NCBI GenBank assembly: GCA_003553905.1
Contig: PWEA01000035.1
Location: forward strand, 1-63,744
Reading direction: 5' to 3'
Source: Candidatus Aenigmatarchaeota archaeon
GTDB taxonomy: Archaea > Aenigmatarchaeota > Aenigmatarchaeia > PWEA01
Length of the DNA stretch: 63,744 nucleotides
The notes below the pieces were generated by a model that searched no databases, had not been told where the DNA came from, and saw nothing but the letters and a program-made list of their open reading frames with translations. The translations under genes and the position numbers were made by a program. Positions 63,725-63,744 of this stretch are shown one piece after another (the stretch's first letter is position 1; every line of letters begins with the position of its first letter).

Positions 63725-63744
63725 CTGCCTTAGATTATCATCAA

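Noticed and set aside
1-63744. CRISPR arrays, cas genes, toxin-antitoxin pairs, restriction-modification or other defence systems.
   Set aside because: I saw no regularly spaced direct repeats and no recognisable defence-gene motifs on either strand. The only repeats are intragenic protein-coding repeats.

Overview
Gene-dense archaeal chromosome segment, roughly 40% GC by eye. Split rpoB and rpoA, eS4/eL32/eL19/eL18/eL37/eS8, aSUI1, Rpp29, Cbf5, LSm, aEF-1beta and Pelota all point to Archaea. The extreme compaction, stand-alone 5S rRNA, intron-rich tRNAs, missing adk/cmk and a giant surface ORF suggest a small-genome DPANN-type archaeon. Very acidic secreted proteins and lipobox signals hint at a halophile, but this lineage call is inference only. 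Layout: (1) 1-27.3 kb is one uninterrupted plus-strand array of about 50 information-processing genes. The S10/spc block, secY, a DUF106 insertase, cbf5, the alpha block (S13-S4-S11-rpoD), L18e-L13-S9-rpoN and rpoH-B''-B'-A'-A''-nusA are concatenated, interspersed with a lone 5S rRNA and five tRNAs. (2) 27.3-35.8 kb holds mixed housekeeping genes: aEF-1beta, eL37, LSm, eS8, a METTL5-like methyltransferase, MPG glycosylase, pyrG, a thiI-like gene, a HAD hydrolase and three tRNAs. (3) 35.8-47.5 kb is an accessory envelope island. It contains a five-gene minus-strand operon (a 1,020-aa Zn-ribbon/polytopic protein plus four paralogous two-domain beta-sandwich proteins, three with lipoboxes), a divergent HEXXH/C2H2 protein and two orphans. 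(4) Pelota lies at 47.6-48.6 kb. (5) 48.6-63.7 kb is a single ORF of at least 5,040 codons encoding a modular giant surface protein with a C-terminal TM anchor and an OB-like cytoplasmic tail; its reading frame is still open at the window edge. Five of the eight tRNA genes carry introns, including apparent T-loop and D-arm introns and a 111-nt anticodon-loop intron. I saw no CRISPR array, transposase, integrase or prophage genes. The best candidate for an undescribed system is the envelope island together with the giant ORF. All domain names for orphan proteins come from reading motifs by eye and need HMM or structure-based confirmation.
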